Below the pieces are notes generated by a model. It was not told the DNA's origin, did not search any database, and worked only from the letters and a program-made list of their open reading frames with translations. Of a stretch of DNA of 44,481 bases, positions 1 to 10,986 are shown piece after piece. The DNA is taken from contig WELB01000012.1 of assembly GCA_009602725.1 (NCBI GenBank), positions 1,233,224-1,277,704 on the forward strand, written 5' to 3'. This DNA is from Spirogloea muscicola. Taxonomy: Eukaryota. Numbering within the stretch: the first letter of the stretch is position 1; each line of letters starts with the position of its first letter. A program made the position numbers and the translations under genes.

Positions 1-602
1 AGCTGAGGGGAGGAAGAGCAACCCCGCTGCGCAAGCCAGAGGCCGCCGGGTGGTCCTTGGGAGGAGGGATGCGGGGGGGGTGCTGGTAGGCGGGCACCCG
101 ACCCGCTACAGGCTGCGGGTTACGGCGGGTTCCCCTGGCCCCTCTGGCCTGCGGACATTGTCCACTCTTTCTGGGCTGGCTTTGCTACCCCCTCTTTATC
201 TATGGGCGAGCCGTCTTTCTGGCCACACCGCGCGCGCCTTCTTTGACCTTTGGTCATTCTTTTCTCTGGGCTGGCCTCTCCCAGCCACCGCCTTCTTCTC
301 ATGGAAGCGTCTCTTCTACGGCGACGGCGGCCGTCCGTGGTGGCCACATGGGCTTGCTTGGCGTTCCTAGCGGCGGGCCGTCCCGTGCCCTTTCTCTCTC
401 TCTCTCACTTAGGTCTAATGTCACCCTGTCACCTTAGGCACGTTAGCATTGGGCTGCTTTGAATGTAGCCTTCTTTATTCTGCACTTGATTCTACCTGAA
501 GATTAAATTGGCTTGAAGTGGCCACGCTTTCATTTCATACGCACAGCGCGCCTTCCTCCTCTCCTTCACCTATTCATTCCCTGGCCTTGCACAGCCAGCC
601 GC

Positions 603-1814
603 ACGAAAAGAGAGAGCTTGCTTTCAGGTGGCGCTCCGCTCAGCTCAAGACGAGTTACTTGCGGAGCACCCTGCCCTCGCAGAGAGCGTGGTCCCGTTTG
701 GCCACCTTGCTCACTCCACCGACTCGCAAGCGCAGGCGCCGTACATGGCGGCAGTGACAAGGCGTCCTTCACGGCCACGCTGCAGCTCCTCCCACCCACA
801 GACGTGCGAGGCCATGCTCGGCTGCTGTCGGCCGCCTCCCCTGGCGCGGCAGCCTGGCTCTGCGCGCTCCCCCTGTACGACGCCCTCAGGATGCCGGATG
901 AACTCTTCCGTACGGCCACCCACCGCGTGTTGGGTCTCCCCCCGCCGTCTGCTTGGCGTGCTGCAGTGTGAGTGTGGGGAGCGGTCGACAGACCCGGCGG
1001 AGTGCTGGCGGCGCATATCCTCCGCTGCGCCACTGGAGGCGAACGTACAGCTGCTCACGACCTCCTCCGAGATGCAATGTTCAGCATCTTCCAGGAGGCC
1101 GGATACACGGTGGCCATGGAGACTACGTCGGTCATGCCCATCCTCCAGAGGGCCGACGGACCTTACACGCGCCGCGTCGACCTGGTGGCGTCCACGCCGG
1201 GCGGCGGCGCGTGCATCATCGCTGATGTGGTCACCAATGATGTGGTCGACCGCTCCAACCCGGGGCTCTCTGCCTCGCGGGCTGGCCACGCTGCGGCGAA
1301 GGCCGCTCACAGCAAGGCGGCTAAACACGCTGACCACCCGGCTGGAGACGAGTTCGTACCCCTGGCCGTGGACGTGCACCGGGCTCTCGGGTCCCAGTGG
1401 CTCGACCTGCTGGCCAGGCTTGCGCGGCGCGCCGTGTCCCGCAGGGGCGGTGAGCCGGCTGACTTCAACGCCGCTGGCTCGTGGGCTCAGGTATATCGTA
1501 TGCATTTGTCCGTCTCCCTTCAGCGGTCCATGGCCCACGCCTTGCATCTGCGTGCTGGCCGTGCTCTCGCTGCGAACTCCGGCTTTCGTCAGGGGGATAG
1601 TTTTTCAGCTAGTCTGTCGGATTTGAGGCTCCTCACTCGTGAGTACTGAGTGGTCCATCCTCCCCCGTTTTGACATAGCATCTTCAGGCCCCTTTGTAGC
1701 TGCTTAGCGCTTTCTAGGCCCCTCAATCATTTGGCCTCTTCGAACCTTTGTCAATTCTTTTTCAGGCTTGCTTTTCACAGCCCTTGCCCGCATTGGGAGT
1801 GCCACTTCTTCTTT
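603..1814 (+). mobile_element. CRE-type element, subfamily A, 5'-truncated and frameshifted: post-RT region, zinc knuckle, restriction-like endonuclease, 3' UTR
   Basis: Across frameshifts it reads ARLLSAASPGAAAWLCALP...LGL, CECG-x-H-ILRC, GGERTAAHDLLRD, RRVD, ADVVT, SKAAKH, FVPLAVDVH, LSVSLQRSMA, stop at 1647-1649. Flanked by cttgcacagccagccgc (586-602) and cttgcacggccagccgc (1815-1831), a 16/17 match. Confidence 0.9.
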
Positions 1815-3822
1815 CTTGCACGGCCAGCCGCCGCTTGGGTACTATCTAAAGAAGTCCTTCGGGCTGACCTGTCACAGCCATGGCCTTGCATTGACATAGC
1901 TAATTCTTTTTGTCTTTCTTCTGGGACCTTGTTCAAGCTCCTGTGTGCTTCCATTTCTGAGTGGCTACTTGATTCACTGTGTGCTTCAGAGCTTTCTGTC
2001 GCCCCTTCGAACTTTGTTCATTCTTTGTCAGGGCCCGACTCTCACAGCCACCGCCCTTTACTGGAAGCCTCTGTTCTTCTATTTCACAGCCCTCGCCCCC
2101 ACTGCAGGAGCTGCTTCTTCATCCAGTGCTTGTGTTCCTGCAAAATATGAGCTCAGCGTCTCTTCTGCGTCTCTTCTCTATCAGCTTTGTGTGGGCGGGC
2201 CCTTTCATTGTACCCTTGGCAGAGTGCTCCTTTTCCAGTGGGAAGAGGAGCGTCTGTTCTTGGTGCTGGGCGGAATGCGTGCATCGACGACAGATTAAAG
2301 TTGAACGCTTGCCTGGGCTGCCTTCCGCAGACATTGCTCATTGGAAGAGCTTGTCTGAAGAAGCAGCTCTTTCAAGGGGGACGATGGCTGTGAAGGAAAG
2401 ACGCTTACCGGGCGGTGGCTATGAGAGCCAGCCCAGAAAATAGATTGACCAGAGTTCGAAGGGGCCAGAGAAAGCTCCAAAGCAGACAGTGAATCAAGTG
2501 GCCACGAAGCACTCAGTGACCTCTGATGAGCAGCCGTGAACAGCTGTGAACGCCCAACCTCCAAAATTGGTCGAGGTTCCAAGGGGCCGACTCGCCGACT
2601 CTGTTTTTACAGAAGGGGCTAACGAAGAGCCGCGCAGCTACGCAAGTGGTTTTTTCAAATGGGTGCTCCACAAAACCTGGTCAACAACCGCAGAATGGAG
2701 TACCTAGCAGGCGGAAAGAAAGTTGCTTTCCGGAAGAAAAGAAAGTGCTCGCCCACAGAAGGTGCAGAAGGGAGGGGCTGGGAAAGGCCAGCCCAAAAAG
2801 AATCCAGAAGGGGGCGAGGGCTGCAGAAAGAGAGAGACGCTTCCGTAGAGGGCGATGGGGAGAAGTTGTGGCTCTCCCGGAGGGGGCAAGGGCTGTGAAC
2901 AGCCAGCCCTAAAACACTTTACGAAGTCCGAAGGGGCCAAAAGCGCTGTCTCAGAGCTTGGCCGGCCGGCACAATGAATCAATTAGTAACCACGACTGAG
3001 GAGCCGTAAATAAGAAATCTAGCAGCCGGAAAGCGCGTCCAAATTGAGAGCAGTGGCTGTGAGAGGCCAGCCAAGAGAATGGACGCCTGAAAGCGGGAAA
3101 GCAATTACCCTGACGAAAGCCAGAGGCTGCAGCTAGAGCAAGGCCAGCACGCAGGTGCATGGCATGGGCCTTGGACCGCTGCAGTGAGGATGGAGAGGCG
3201 CATATGAAAGAAGTTGCTCGCCCATAGAGGGTAGGGGCTGGGAAAGGCCGGCCCAAAAGGAATGGACAAGGGTCAAAGAGCCAGAAGGTGCCGGGAAAAA
3301 CACCACACAGCTGGACACTACACGACCGCAGATGGAAGCTCAGTACCCACGAGTGAGCAACAGCAAGTCCGAGTAACTCGCAGCTGGGACTGAGGCACTC
3401 CGTCGAGACCCAGAGGCAGCAGCCATAGCGCGGCCTGCTCGCGGGTGGGACTGCGTGAGCCAGGAAGCGCTGAAGCCGGGGAGATGCATGCGGAAGATTT
3501 GCGCGAGCGAGCCAGCAGCATTGAAGCCCGGAAAAAGAAAGCACAGCCAGATTGACTGGTGGCTGTGAGAGGCCAGCCCAAAGGTATGGACGAGGTCTGA
3601 AGAGGCCGGAGTGCTAAGTGCTAAGACAGCAGCAAGGAGACTCTCAGTAACCTCTAGTCAGTAGATGCAAGTCGGAATACCTGCACTAGCGAGCCAGCGG
3701 CATTGAAGGCGGCCTGCTCACCTCTCCTGCCGGACACCGGACACCAAGCCGGGCCAATAGGTCAAACTGAGGGTCGAAAAGGGCGGAAGGCGCCTCCGGG
3801 TCTCGGCGTAAGTGCCTCATTT

Positions 3823-4266
3823 CCTGCAGCGAGCTACTCCGACCTGATGTTGCTCACTCCCGGGTACTGAGCTTCCCTTTGCATCGAATGCGTTTCGTAG
3901 TGTTTTTGAGGTATAGTCCTTTTTCGGCACCTTTTTCTTTGGGTTTGGCCATTGTCCATTCTTTTCGGACTGGCTTTGCCAGCCCCTCTTCTCGATGGGC
4001 GAGCACTTTCTTCCTGAAGGCGCCAAAACCAGGCAAAGCGCCAACAGCCAATGAGAGGCGTGCAAGGCGTACCTAGAAGAAAGTGCTCGCCCATAGAGAA
4101 GAGGGGCTGGCAAAGCCAGCCCAAAAAAGAATGGATGTTCACAGGCAAAGAAAGAGGAGCCGGAAAAAGGACTACACTACACAACACTGCAAAACTCATA
4201 GACGATGCAGAGGAAAGCTCAGTACCCGCGAGTGAGCAACATCAGGTCTGAGTAGCTCGCTGCAGG
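3823..4266. repeat. Tail-to-tail inverted pair of subfamily C 3' ends (about 3823-4012 on +, about 4076-4266 on -)
   Basis: cctgcagcgagctactc...gggcgagcactttctt is mirrored by aagaaagtgctcgccc...gagtagctcgctgcagg across a spacer of about 63 bp. Confidence 0.85.
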
Positions 4267-4276
4267 GAGCGCTGGC

Positions 4277-4825
4277 GACCGCTCACACCCAGCCCAATGT
4301 GCCATCAAGGCTGGGTATGCGGTCGCCTGCTCCGCTCGAGCTAAGGAGCTCAAATATGCTGATCATCCGCGGGAAGACGACTTCTTCCCGCTGGCTATCG
4401 ACACGCATGGGGCGTTCGGCGCTCGGTGGCTCGAGCTGCTCAACCAGCTCGCCCGCCAAGCCATCGTCCGCCGCTTCCATGGGGAGCCAGTGGATTTCCC
4501 TGCAGCCGGGTCGTTAGCGCAGGTGTACCGGATGCGCTTTGGCCGTCTCGCTGCAGAGGTCTATGGCCCGCGCGCTGCACCTGCGTGCCGGCAGAGCCCT
4601 CGCTGCTGCCTCTGGCTCTGGCCAGGGGACCCACTTCCAGGAGCCTAGCTTCTCTGACCTGAGGCTGCTTAGCAGGGGTTACTGAGTAATACGTAGCTGC
4701 TTGGTTTCTTGTTGTGCTTGTTTTTCTTGGCGCTTCCCCTGGCCCCCTTCTCGTACTTTGTTCCTTCTTTTCTGGGCTGGCTTTTCCAGCCCCTATCCTC
4801 AATGGGCGAGCCCTTTCTTCTTCTT
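4277..4825 (+). mobile_element. CRE-type element, subfamily B, 5'-truncated
   Basis: AKELKYADHPREDDFFPLAIDTHGAFGARWLELLNQ...SDLRLLSRGY*, 3' hairpin module, (CTT)n tail. Candidate TSD cgctggc at 4270-4276 and 4826-4832. Confidence 0.85.
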
Positions 4826-5449
4826 CGCTGGCCGGCCGGGCGGGCCGCCCGGCCGGCCGCCGGCCCTCGCGGCAGGCCCCGCTCTCCTCCCCCTTCCTCC
4901 CTCCTCCCCAAGAACATCCTCCGTGTACGCCCAACGGCAACGACCCAGTTTCTCAGACCTGAGGCTGCTTAGCAGGGGTTACTGAGTGCTTCGTAGCTGC
5001 TTCGTTTCTTTTTTGTGCTTGTTGTTCTTTGTACTTCCCATGGCCCCTTCTCGTCCTTTATTCATTCTTTTTTGGGCTGGCTTTTCCAGCCCCTATCCTC
5101 AATGGGCGAGCCCTTCATCATCCCCAAGTTCGCTTGTCGGACTCGTATGTGCTCATCCGTGGGTACAAACGTCACTGTTACCTTAGCCTTTGTCAATTCT
5201 TTATTGGGCTGGCTTTTCACAGCCCTTGCCCCCATTGGGAGTGCCACTTCTTCTTAGCCACCTTAGCGTAGGGCTTTGTTTCATATAGCCTTGTTGTTTC
5301 CCTCTAGTTTCTGCCTGAACAATGTTGTTTGGCTTGAATTGGCCCTTACACGACATGCGCACTGCGCACCACCGCGCCCCCCCGTAATCAGCGCCCTGTC
5401 TGCCTCGCCTGTGGCTCCGTCATGAACCCCTGTATGCACCTGGCTGGCC

Positions 5450-5470
5450 CTTCTTCTTCTTCTTCTTCTT
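5450..5470 (+). repeat. (CTT)n microsatellite
   Basis: cttcttcttcttcttcttctt. Confidence 0.9.
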
Positions 5471-5785
5471 TCACAGTCGGTCTTGAATATCAGCAGCCTC
5501 CTTCTTCTTTCTTCTTATTAGTGCCCCCCTTAGCCAGCTCATTTCCTCGTTATCAGGACTTTTGTAAAGCTTGAATTGGCGTCTTTTCAATTGCATGCGC
5601 ACCGCGCGCTTCTCTATTACTGGAACACCTCACTTCTTATCCTGCACTTTGCATCTGCTGGCCTCCGAGCTTGGCCGCCCAGGCCCTCTCTCTCTCGTGC
5701 ATGCGACTATCCATTTCCCTTCAGCGGTCCATGGCCCACGCCATGCACCTGCATGCTGGCCGTGCTCTCGCTGCCGCCTCTAGCT

Positions 5786-6227
5786 TGGATCACCCGCTCG
5801 CCATCGATACGCACGGGGCGATGGGCGCTCGGTGGCTCGAGGTGCTCAACCAGCTCTCGCGCCGCGCCCTTGTTCCGCCGCTTCCATGGGGAGCCGGTGG
5901 ATTATCATGCAGCCGGGTCGCTGGCGCAGGTGTACCGCATGCGCTTGGCCGTCTCGCTGCAGAGGTCTATGGCCCGCGCGCTGCACCTGCGTGCCGGGGC
6001 AGAGCCCTCGCTGCTGCCTCTGGCTCTGGCCAGGGGACCCGCTTCCAGGAACCCAGTCTCTCTGACCTGAGGCTGCTTAGCAGGGGTTACTGAGTGCTTC
6101 GTAGCTGCTCAGATTCTTCTTGTGCTTGTTTTTCTTAGTGCTTCCCCTGGCCCCTTCTCGTCCTTAATTTATTCTTTTGGGCTGGCTTTTTCCAGCCCCT
6201 ATCCTCAATGGGTGAGCACTTCTTCTT
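5786..6227 (+). mobile_element. CRE-type element, subfamily B, 5'-truncated
   Basis: PLAIDTHGAMGARWLEVLNQLSRRA...SDLRLLSRGY*, 3' module ending cacttcttctt. Confidence 0.85.
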
Positions 6228-6424
6228 GGTTCCGGCAGCTAGTCTGGATGTTGAGGCTCCTCACTCGTACTTACTGAGTGGTGCATCCTACACCTACTTG
6301 CGCTTTTCCCCTTCATAATTTAGCCCCTTCGAACCCTGTCAACTCTTTTCGGGCTGGCTTCTCAGAGCCCTTGCCCCCATCGGGAGAGCCACTGATTGGT
6401 AACCTCTAGTCAGCAAGTGCATCT

Positions 6425-6830
6425 CGGCAGGGGACGAGTTCGTCCCCCTGGCCGTCGATGTAGACGGGGCTTCCGGGTCCCAGTGGCTCGGACTGTCGGC
6501 CCGGCTTGCGCGACGCGCTGTGTCCCGCAGGCGAGGTGAGCAGGCCGCCTTCAACGCCGCTGGCTTGCTAGCTCAGGTCTTTCGTATGCGCCTCTCCATT
6601 TCACCCAGGACCAACGCCTTGCATCTGCGTGCTGGCCGTGTTCTAGCTGCAGCCTCTGGCTTTCGTCAAGGGGATTGCTTCCCAGGCTGCTAGTCTTTCT
6701 GACTTGCGGCTCCTCACTTGTGGTTACTAAGTAATCTATCCTACCGGCAAAGTCTAAGACAGCGCTTTTGGCCCCTTCGGACTTCGTCTTTCGGGCTGGC
6801 TGTTCACAGCCCTTGCTTCACTTTGGAAGA
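6425..6830 (+). mobile_element. Degenerate CRE-type 3' fragment (A-like)
   Basis: ggggacgagttcgtccccctggccgtcgat (GDEFVPLAVD) through ...ggttactaa, followed by cgggctggctgttcacagccc. Confidence 0.75.
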
Positions 6831-7149
6831 TGCCATTTTGCGCGAGCCACTTATTCTACGGGGGGACCCTAATAACAATATTTCTCACACGTAGAGGCAG
6901 TGGCTGTGAAAAGGCCAGCCCGATAAGAATGGACAAGGTCCAAAGAAACGAGAGGCGCTTATACGACACCATGAACGGCTCAACTCACTCGGCTATCCGG
7001 GCCCCTAAGGCTCACAGACTACCCAATACCGGACGCCCTTTTGCCCTCGCCCTCTCCTGGCCGCGTTTTACCAGTACGACTGCGGCCGTTGAGCTGCCGA
7101 CGACATCCCACTTTGATTGAGCTGCTCTACGTTACCCTGGCTGAGCACA

Positions 7150-7690
7150 TGCTCAAGGATGAAGAGGGTGGTGAGCGCATTGGCTCTCACAACCTGCTCC
7201 GGGAGCTAGATCTAGCCTTATTGGCGAGGCTGGTGACAGCCTGCGGTGGATGTTTCGGACATCATGCTCGTCATCAGAAACGAGGCAAGCCGTATGTGAG
7301 GCCTGTGGACGTGGTCGTCACTCCCCTGAGGTGGCGGGTCTCGCCTTCTCCTCTACGTGGTCCTCACAGACGCCTTCGAGGTAAGGACTTCCACAACACT
7401 CAAGGATGCCTGGCTGGGTGACAGCCCGTGCGGAGCGCAAGTGAGTGCCATGGACATGAGTGCCATAGAGTGCCATGGACATGTACGGCAGCTACGGTGA
7501 GAAGTAAAGTTCCCGCCTGCAGCGTCTTGCCCAGAAGTGGATGCGCGCCGCAGTTGTGGGGTTGCAGCTTGGGAATACCACTTTACTGCAGGCAATTTCC
7601 GTGCCACAGGATGTGGCTCTCGCTAAGCCTGCAGCGATCGCAGACGGTTGCAATCATCTGTGTGCTGGCCGGGCCATAAGCATGGCCACC
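7150..7690 (+). mobile_element. Old degenerate CRE-type fragment (G-like)
   Basis: GGERIGSHNLLRE, PYVRPVDVVVTP, AMDMYGSYG and RMWLSLSLQRSQ resemble the endonuclease region of the other copies; many frameshifts. Confidence 0.65.
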
Positions 7691-9386
7691 AGCTTCCGTT
7701 GCGGCGCTCCGGCAGAAGTGAATCTGTCCCACTTGCCATCGACCTGGCGGCGGCCCACGCATCTTGGTCGATGTGGTAACCACGAATTCCTTCGACAGCT
7801 CAATCCGGTCCCCTCAGCCATGTTGGTGAGATGTGCGGTCACCAACGCCGCTTGCAGTAAGGAAATCAAGGACGCCGACTGATAGGGGGTGAGCTTGTCA
7901 CACCGGCAGTCAACGTCCGCGAGCATTTGGATGCTTGGTAGGGCCTCCTGCACCGGCTCGCACGACAAGCGGTGTCCAGACGGCAGTAAGGGAGTTCGAC
8001 GTCAATGCCGTGGGTTCTATGTCCCTGGTCAATCAAATGCCTCTCTCTACTTCGCTGTCGTATACTCTGGCTTATGCCTTGCATTTGCGGGCTGGCCGTG
8101 CCCTAGCTGCTGCCTCAGGCTACAGGCGGGCCACTCGTTTCACGCTGCTGTATATGAAAGTTGCAATAATTACTTAATGTCAAGTGATCAGCGGCCATCC
8201 GTAGTCTTCACTTGCTTGCAACTTGCCCCGGCCTAAACTGCCCCGCGCCCAGCCAGCTCGAGGTCCTACGTCGACCCCGCGCCGTCACAAGAGCCGGACC
8301 CCGACCTATCCCACCGCCAAGCACGCTCGCCAGGGGATCACCAATCTCAGCTCGGCCTTGTAATTACCGCGGCCGTAGCGCCGACATAGTGCAGCCGACA
8401 TGCGCCACTGCAGCCACTCTCCCTTACCAACCCACTGCCACGGCCGCCGCCTAGGGCAGTGAGCTCTTCCAGAGGAAATGGATTCAGTGATGGTGTATTG
8501 AGTGAAGGGCTGAGTGGCTAAGTACGAAGGCAAGCACATGATTGGATGTGCATCACCTGCTGCTAAATTGACCCGCTCAGTAACCACGAGTCAGCACACA
8601 GGTCAAAGGGGGCGAAAACTATGAAAAACCAGCCCAGAAAGAAGGACGCCCAAAATTGATAGCAGTGGCTGTGAGAGGCCAGCCCAAAAGTGACAATGTC
8701 TGGAAGGGCCGGATGGCGCAAAAAGCAGGATACTAGACTTTAAGACGTCAGCAAGTGGGCTCTTAGTAACCTCTAGTCAGTAAGTGCAAGGCGGGATAAT
8801 TAGAGGGCAGAGAGCGCCTCCCATCGTTGTGTAGGAGGCAATGCTGTCTAGGGAAGCCCGATGTCGGGCCAGCACTGCAGCCTGCAGATGTCAAAGGCAT
8901 TGCAGGAAACAGCCCTTTATTGACAGAGGGCCTGAGCGGCCAAACGAGCACTTTCGAATTGAAGGCTGCCTGCAGGCCGGGGGCAAAGGGGTGTATGGAC
9001 TGATTGATCATTAGAGCCGCCAAGTTCCATGTGCACATCTACGGACTGTTAGCAGCCTGCCGCTATGCTTTCTGTCCTTCTGTCAAGGTAACCCCGACTT
9101 GCGGCTGCTAACCCGGGGTTACTAAGCTTCCCTATGCCGTAGCCTCGTACATAGCTGTGTGATGCAGGCGCCTTGGCTCTTTGAGCCTGTTTGGGCTAGC
9201 CTTTCCCAGCCACCACCTTAAATTGGGCGAGCTTCTTCTTCTATGCCCTTGCCCCCATCGGGAGAGCCACTTCTTCTATGCCGGTCCGCTCGGAAGCCCC
9301 GGGTCAGTAGGCGGAGGTCGCTGACCGATCATCACTGGACAAGGAAGAAGTGGCTCTCCCAATGGGGGCAAGGGCTGTGAAAAGCA

Positions 9387-9865
9387 GAAGAAGTGGCACT
9401 CCCAATGGGGGCAACGGCTGTGAAAAGTGAAAAGCCAGCCCGAAAAAGAATTGACGAAGGTTCGAAGGGGCCAAATGATGGAGGGGCCTAAAAAGCGCTA
9501 AGCAGCTATGAAGGGGCCTGAAGATGCTATTTCAGAACGGGGGAGGATGGACCACCCGGTAGTTACGAGTGAGGAGGCAAATCCAACCGGCTAGTTCCCG
9601 GGAAACCTCCCCCTGACGAAAACCCGGAGGCCGCAGCGAGAGCACGGCCAGCACGCAGATGCAAGGCGTGGGCCATGGACCGCTGAAGAGAGAGAGACTG
9701 AAGGGAGACTGACAATCGCATACGGTATACCTGAGCCCACGAGCCAGCGGCGTTGGAGTCAGCCGGCTCACCGCGCCTGCGGGATACAGCGCGCCGCGCA
9801 AGCCTGGCCAGCAGGTCGAGCCACTGGAACCCGAGAGCCCCGTGCACGCCCACGGCCAGGGGTAC
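9387..9865 (-). mobile_element. CRE-type element, subfamily A, 5'-truncated, followed by a second A tail (about 9345-9385)
   Basis: VPLAVGVHGALGFQWLDLLARLARRAVSRRRGEPADSNAAGSWAQVYRMRL on the minus strand, with a complete A-type 3' UTR. Confidence 0.85.
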
Positions 9866-10151
9866 GTGTGAAAAACCAGCCCGAAAAGAATTGACCAAGG
9901 TTCGAAGGGGCCAAATGACGGAGGGGCCGTTGAGAGAAGGGCTCGCCCATTGAGGATTGGGGCTGGAAAAAGCCAGCCCAAAAAAGCCACCAGTTAATCT
10001 GGCCGCGCTTGCTCCTTAAAAAAGAATGAACAAAGGACGAGAAGGGGCCAGGGGAAGTACGAAGAACAACAAGCACTACAAAGAAACGAAGCAGCTACGA
10101 AGCACTCAGTAACCCCTGCTAAGCAGCCTCAGGTCAGAGAGACTGGGTTCC

Positions 10152-10940
10152 GTTGGGTCTCCTCCCGCCGTCTGCTAGGCGTGCTGCGGTGTGAGTGCGG
10201 GGAACGGTCGGCGGACCCGGCGGAGCTGGCGGCGAATGTCCTCCGCGAGCACTTCTCCGCTGCGCCACTGGAGGTGAACGCATCGCTGCACACGACCTCT
10301 TCAGAGATGCGATGTTTGGCATTTTCCAGGAGGCGGGGTACACTGTCGCTCTGGAGAATACATCCATTATGCCCATCCGGCAGATGCCGGATGCACTGCA
10401 CACTCGCCGGATGGACTTGATGGTGTCCACGCCGGGCCGCGCCCCGCACGTCATTTCCGATGTGGTCACCACCGATGTGGTGGATCCCGCGAATCCGGGG
10501 CTTTCTGCCTCGAGGGCTGTCCATGCAGCGGCGAACGCCCCTCGTTGCAAGGCGGCAAAGTCTGCAGACCACACGGCTGGGGACGAGTTTGTACCCCTGG
10601 CCGTGAATGTGCACGGGGCTCTCGGATTCCAGTGGCTCGACCTTCTAGCCAGGCTTGCGCGGCGCGCTGTGTCCCGCAGGCGAGGTGAGCCGGCTGACTT
10701 CAACGCCGCTGGCTCGTGGGCCCAGGTCTATCGCATGCGTCTGTCAATCTCCCTCCAGCGGTCCATGGCCCACGCCTTGCGTCTGCGTGCTGGCCGTGCT
10801 CTCGCTGCAGCCTCTGGCTTTCGTCAGGGGGATAGCTTTCCTGCAGCTAGTCGGTCGGATTTGGGGCTCCTCACTCGTAGCTACTGAGTGGTCCATCTTA
10901 CACCCGTTCTGACAGCGCTATTGGCCCCTCTGTCATTTGG
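10152..10940 (+). mobile_element. CRE-type element, subfamily A: zinc knuckle and endonuclease, 3' UTR cut short
   Basis: CECGERSADPAELAA, LRCATGGERIAAHDLFRD, RRMD, SDVVT, FVPLAVNVHGALG...LLTRSY*; close paralog of 603-1814. Confidence 0.9.
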
Positions 10941-10986
10941 ACCAGGGGGACTAGCCCTAGGTCCCGAGTGTCGACCCCTGCACCAG

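Noticed and set aside
711..1547. 278-aa minus-strand ORF, and 628-1626 on the plus strand as a separate gene
   Set aside because: Antisense or alternative frames of the frameshifted retrotransposon ORF
960..1814. Zinc finger, nuclease and structured 3' RNA as a TnpB/Fanzor with its omega RNA
   Set aside because: The motif order (CxC..H..C, HD, RxD, DV, K..K, FVPLAVD, SLQR) fits the restriction-like endonuclease of CRE elements rather than RuvC. Copies are 5'-truncated with variable TSDs, and a CRE-type RT is present in the window
2523..2551. Hammerhead-like CTGATGA-GCAGC...GCTGT-GAAC
   Set aside because: It has GAAC instead of GAAA, no convincing stems I and III, and it is the reverse complement of a degenerate LL(T/S)RGY-stop ORF end; other copies lack it
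1731..3600. Numerous short ORFs with F(L/W)GWL and WAG(F/L)SQP peptides as a repeated protein family
   Set aside because: They are translations of the non-coding 3' UTR module in arbitrary frames
3823..4266. MITE with long terminal inverted repeats
   Set aside because: Both arms are ordinary C-type retrotransposon 3' ends that also occur singly, they differ from each other, and I found no flanking TSD
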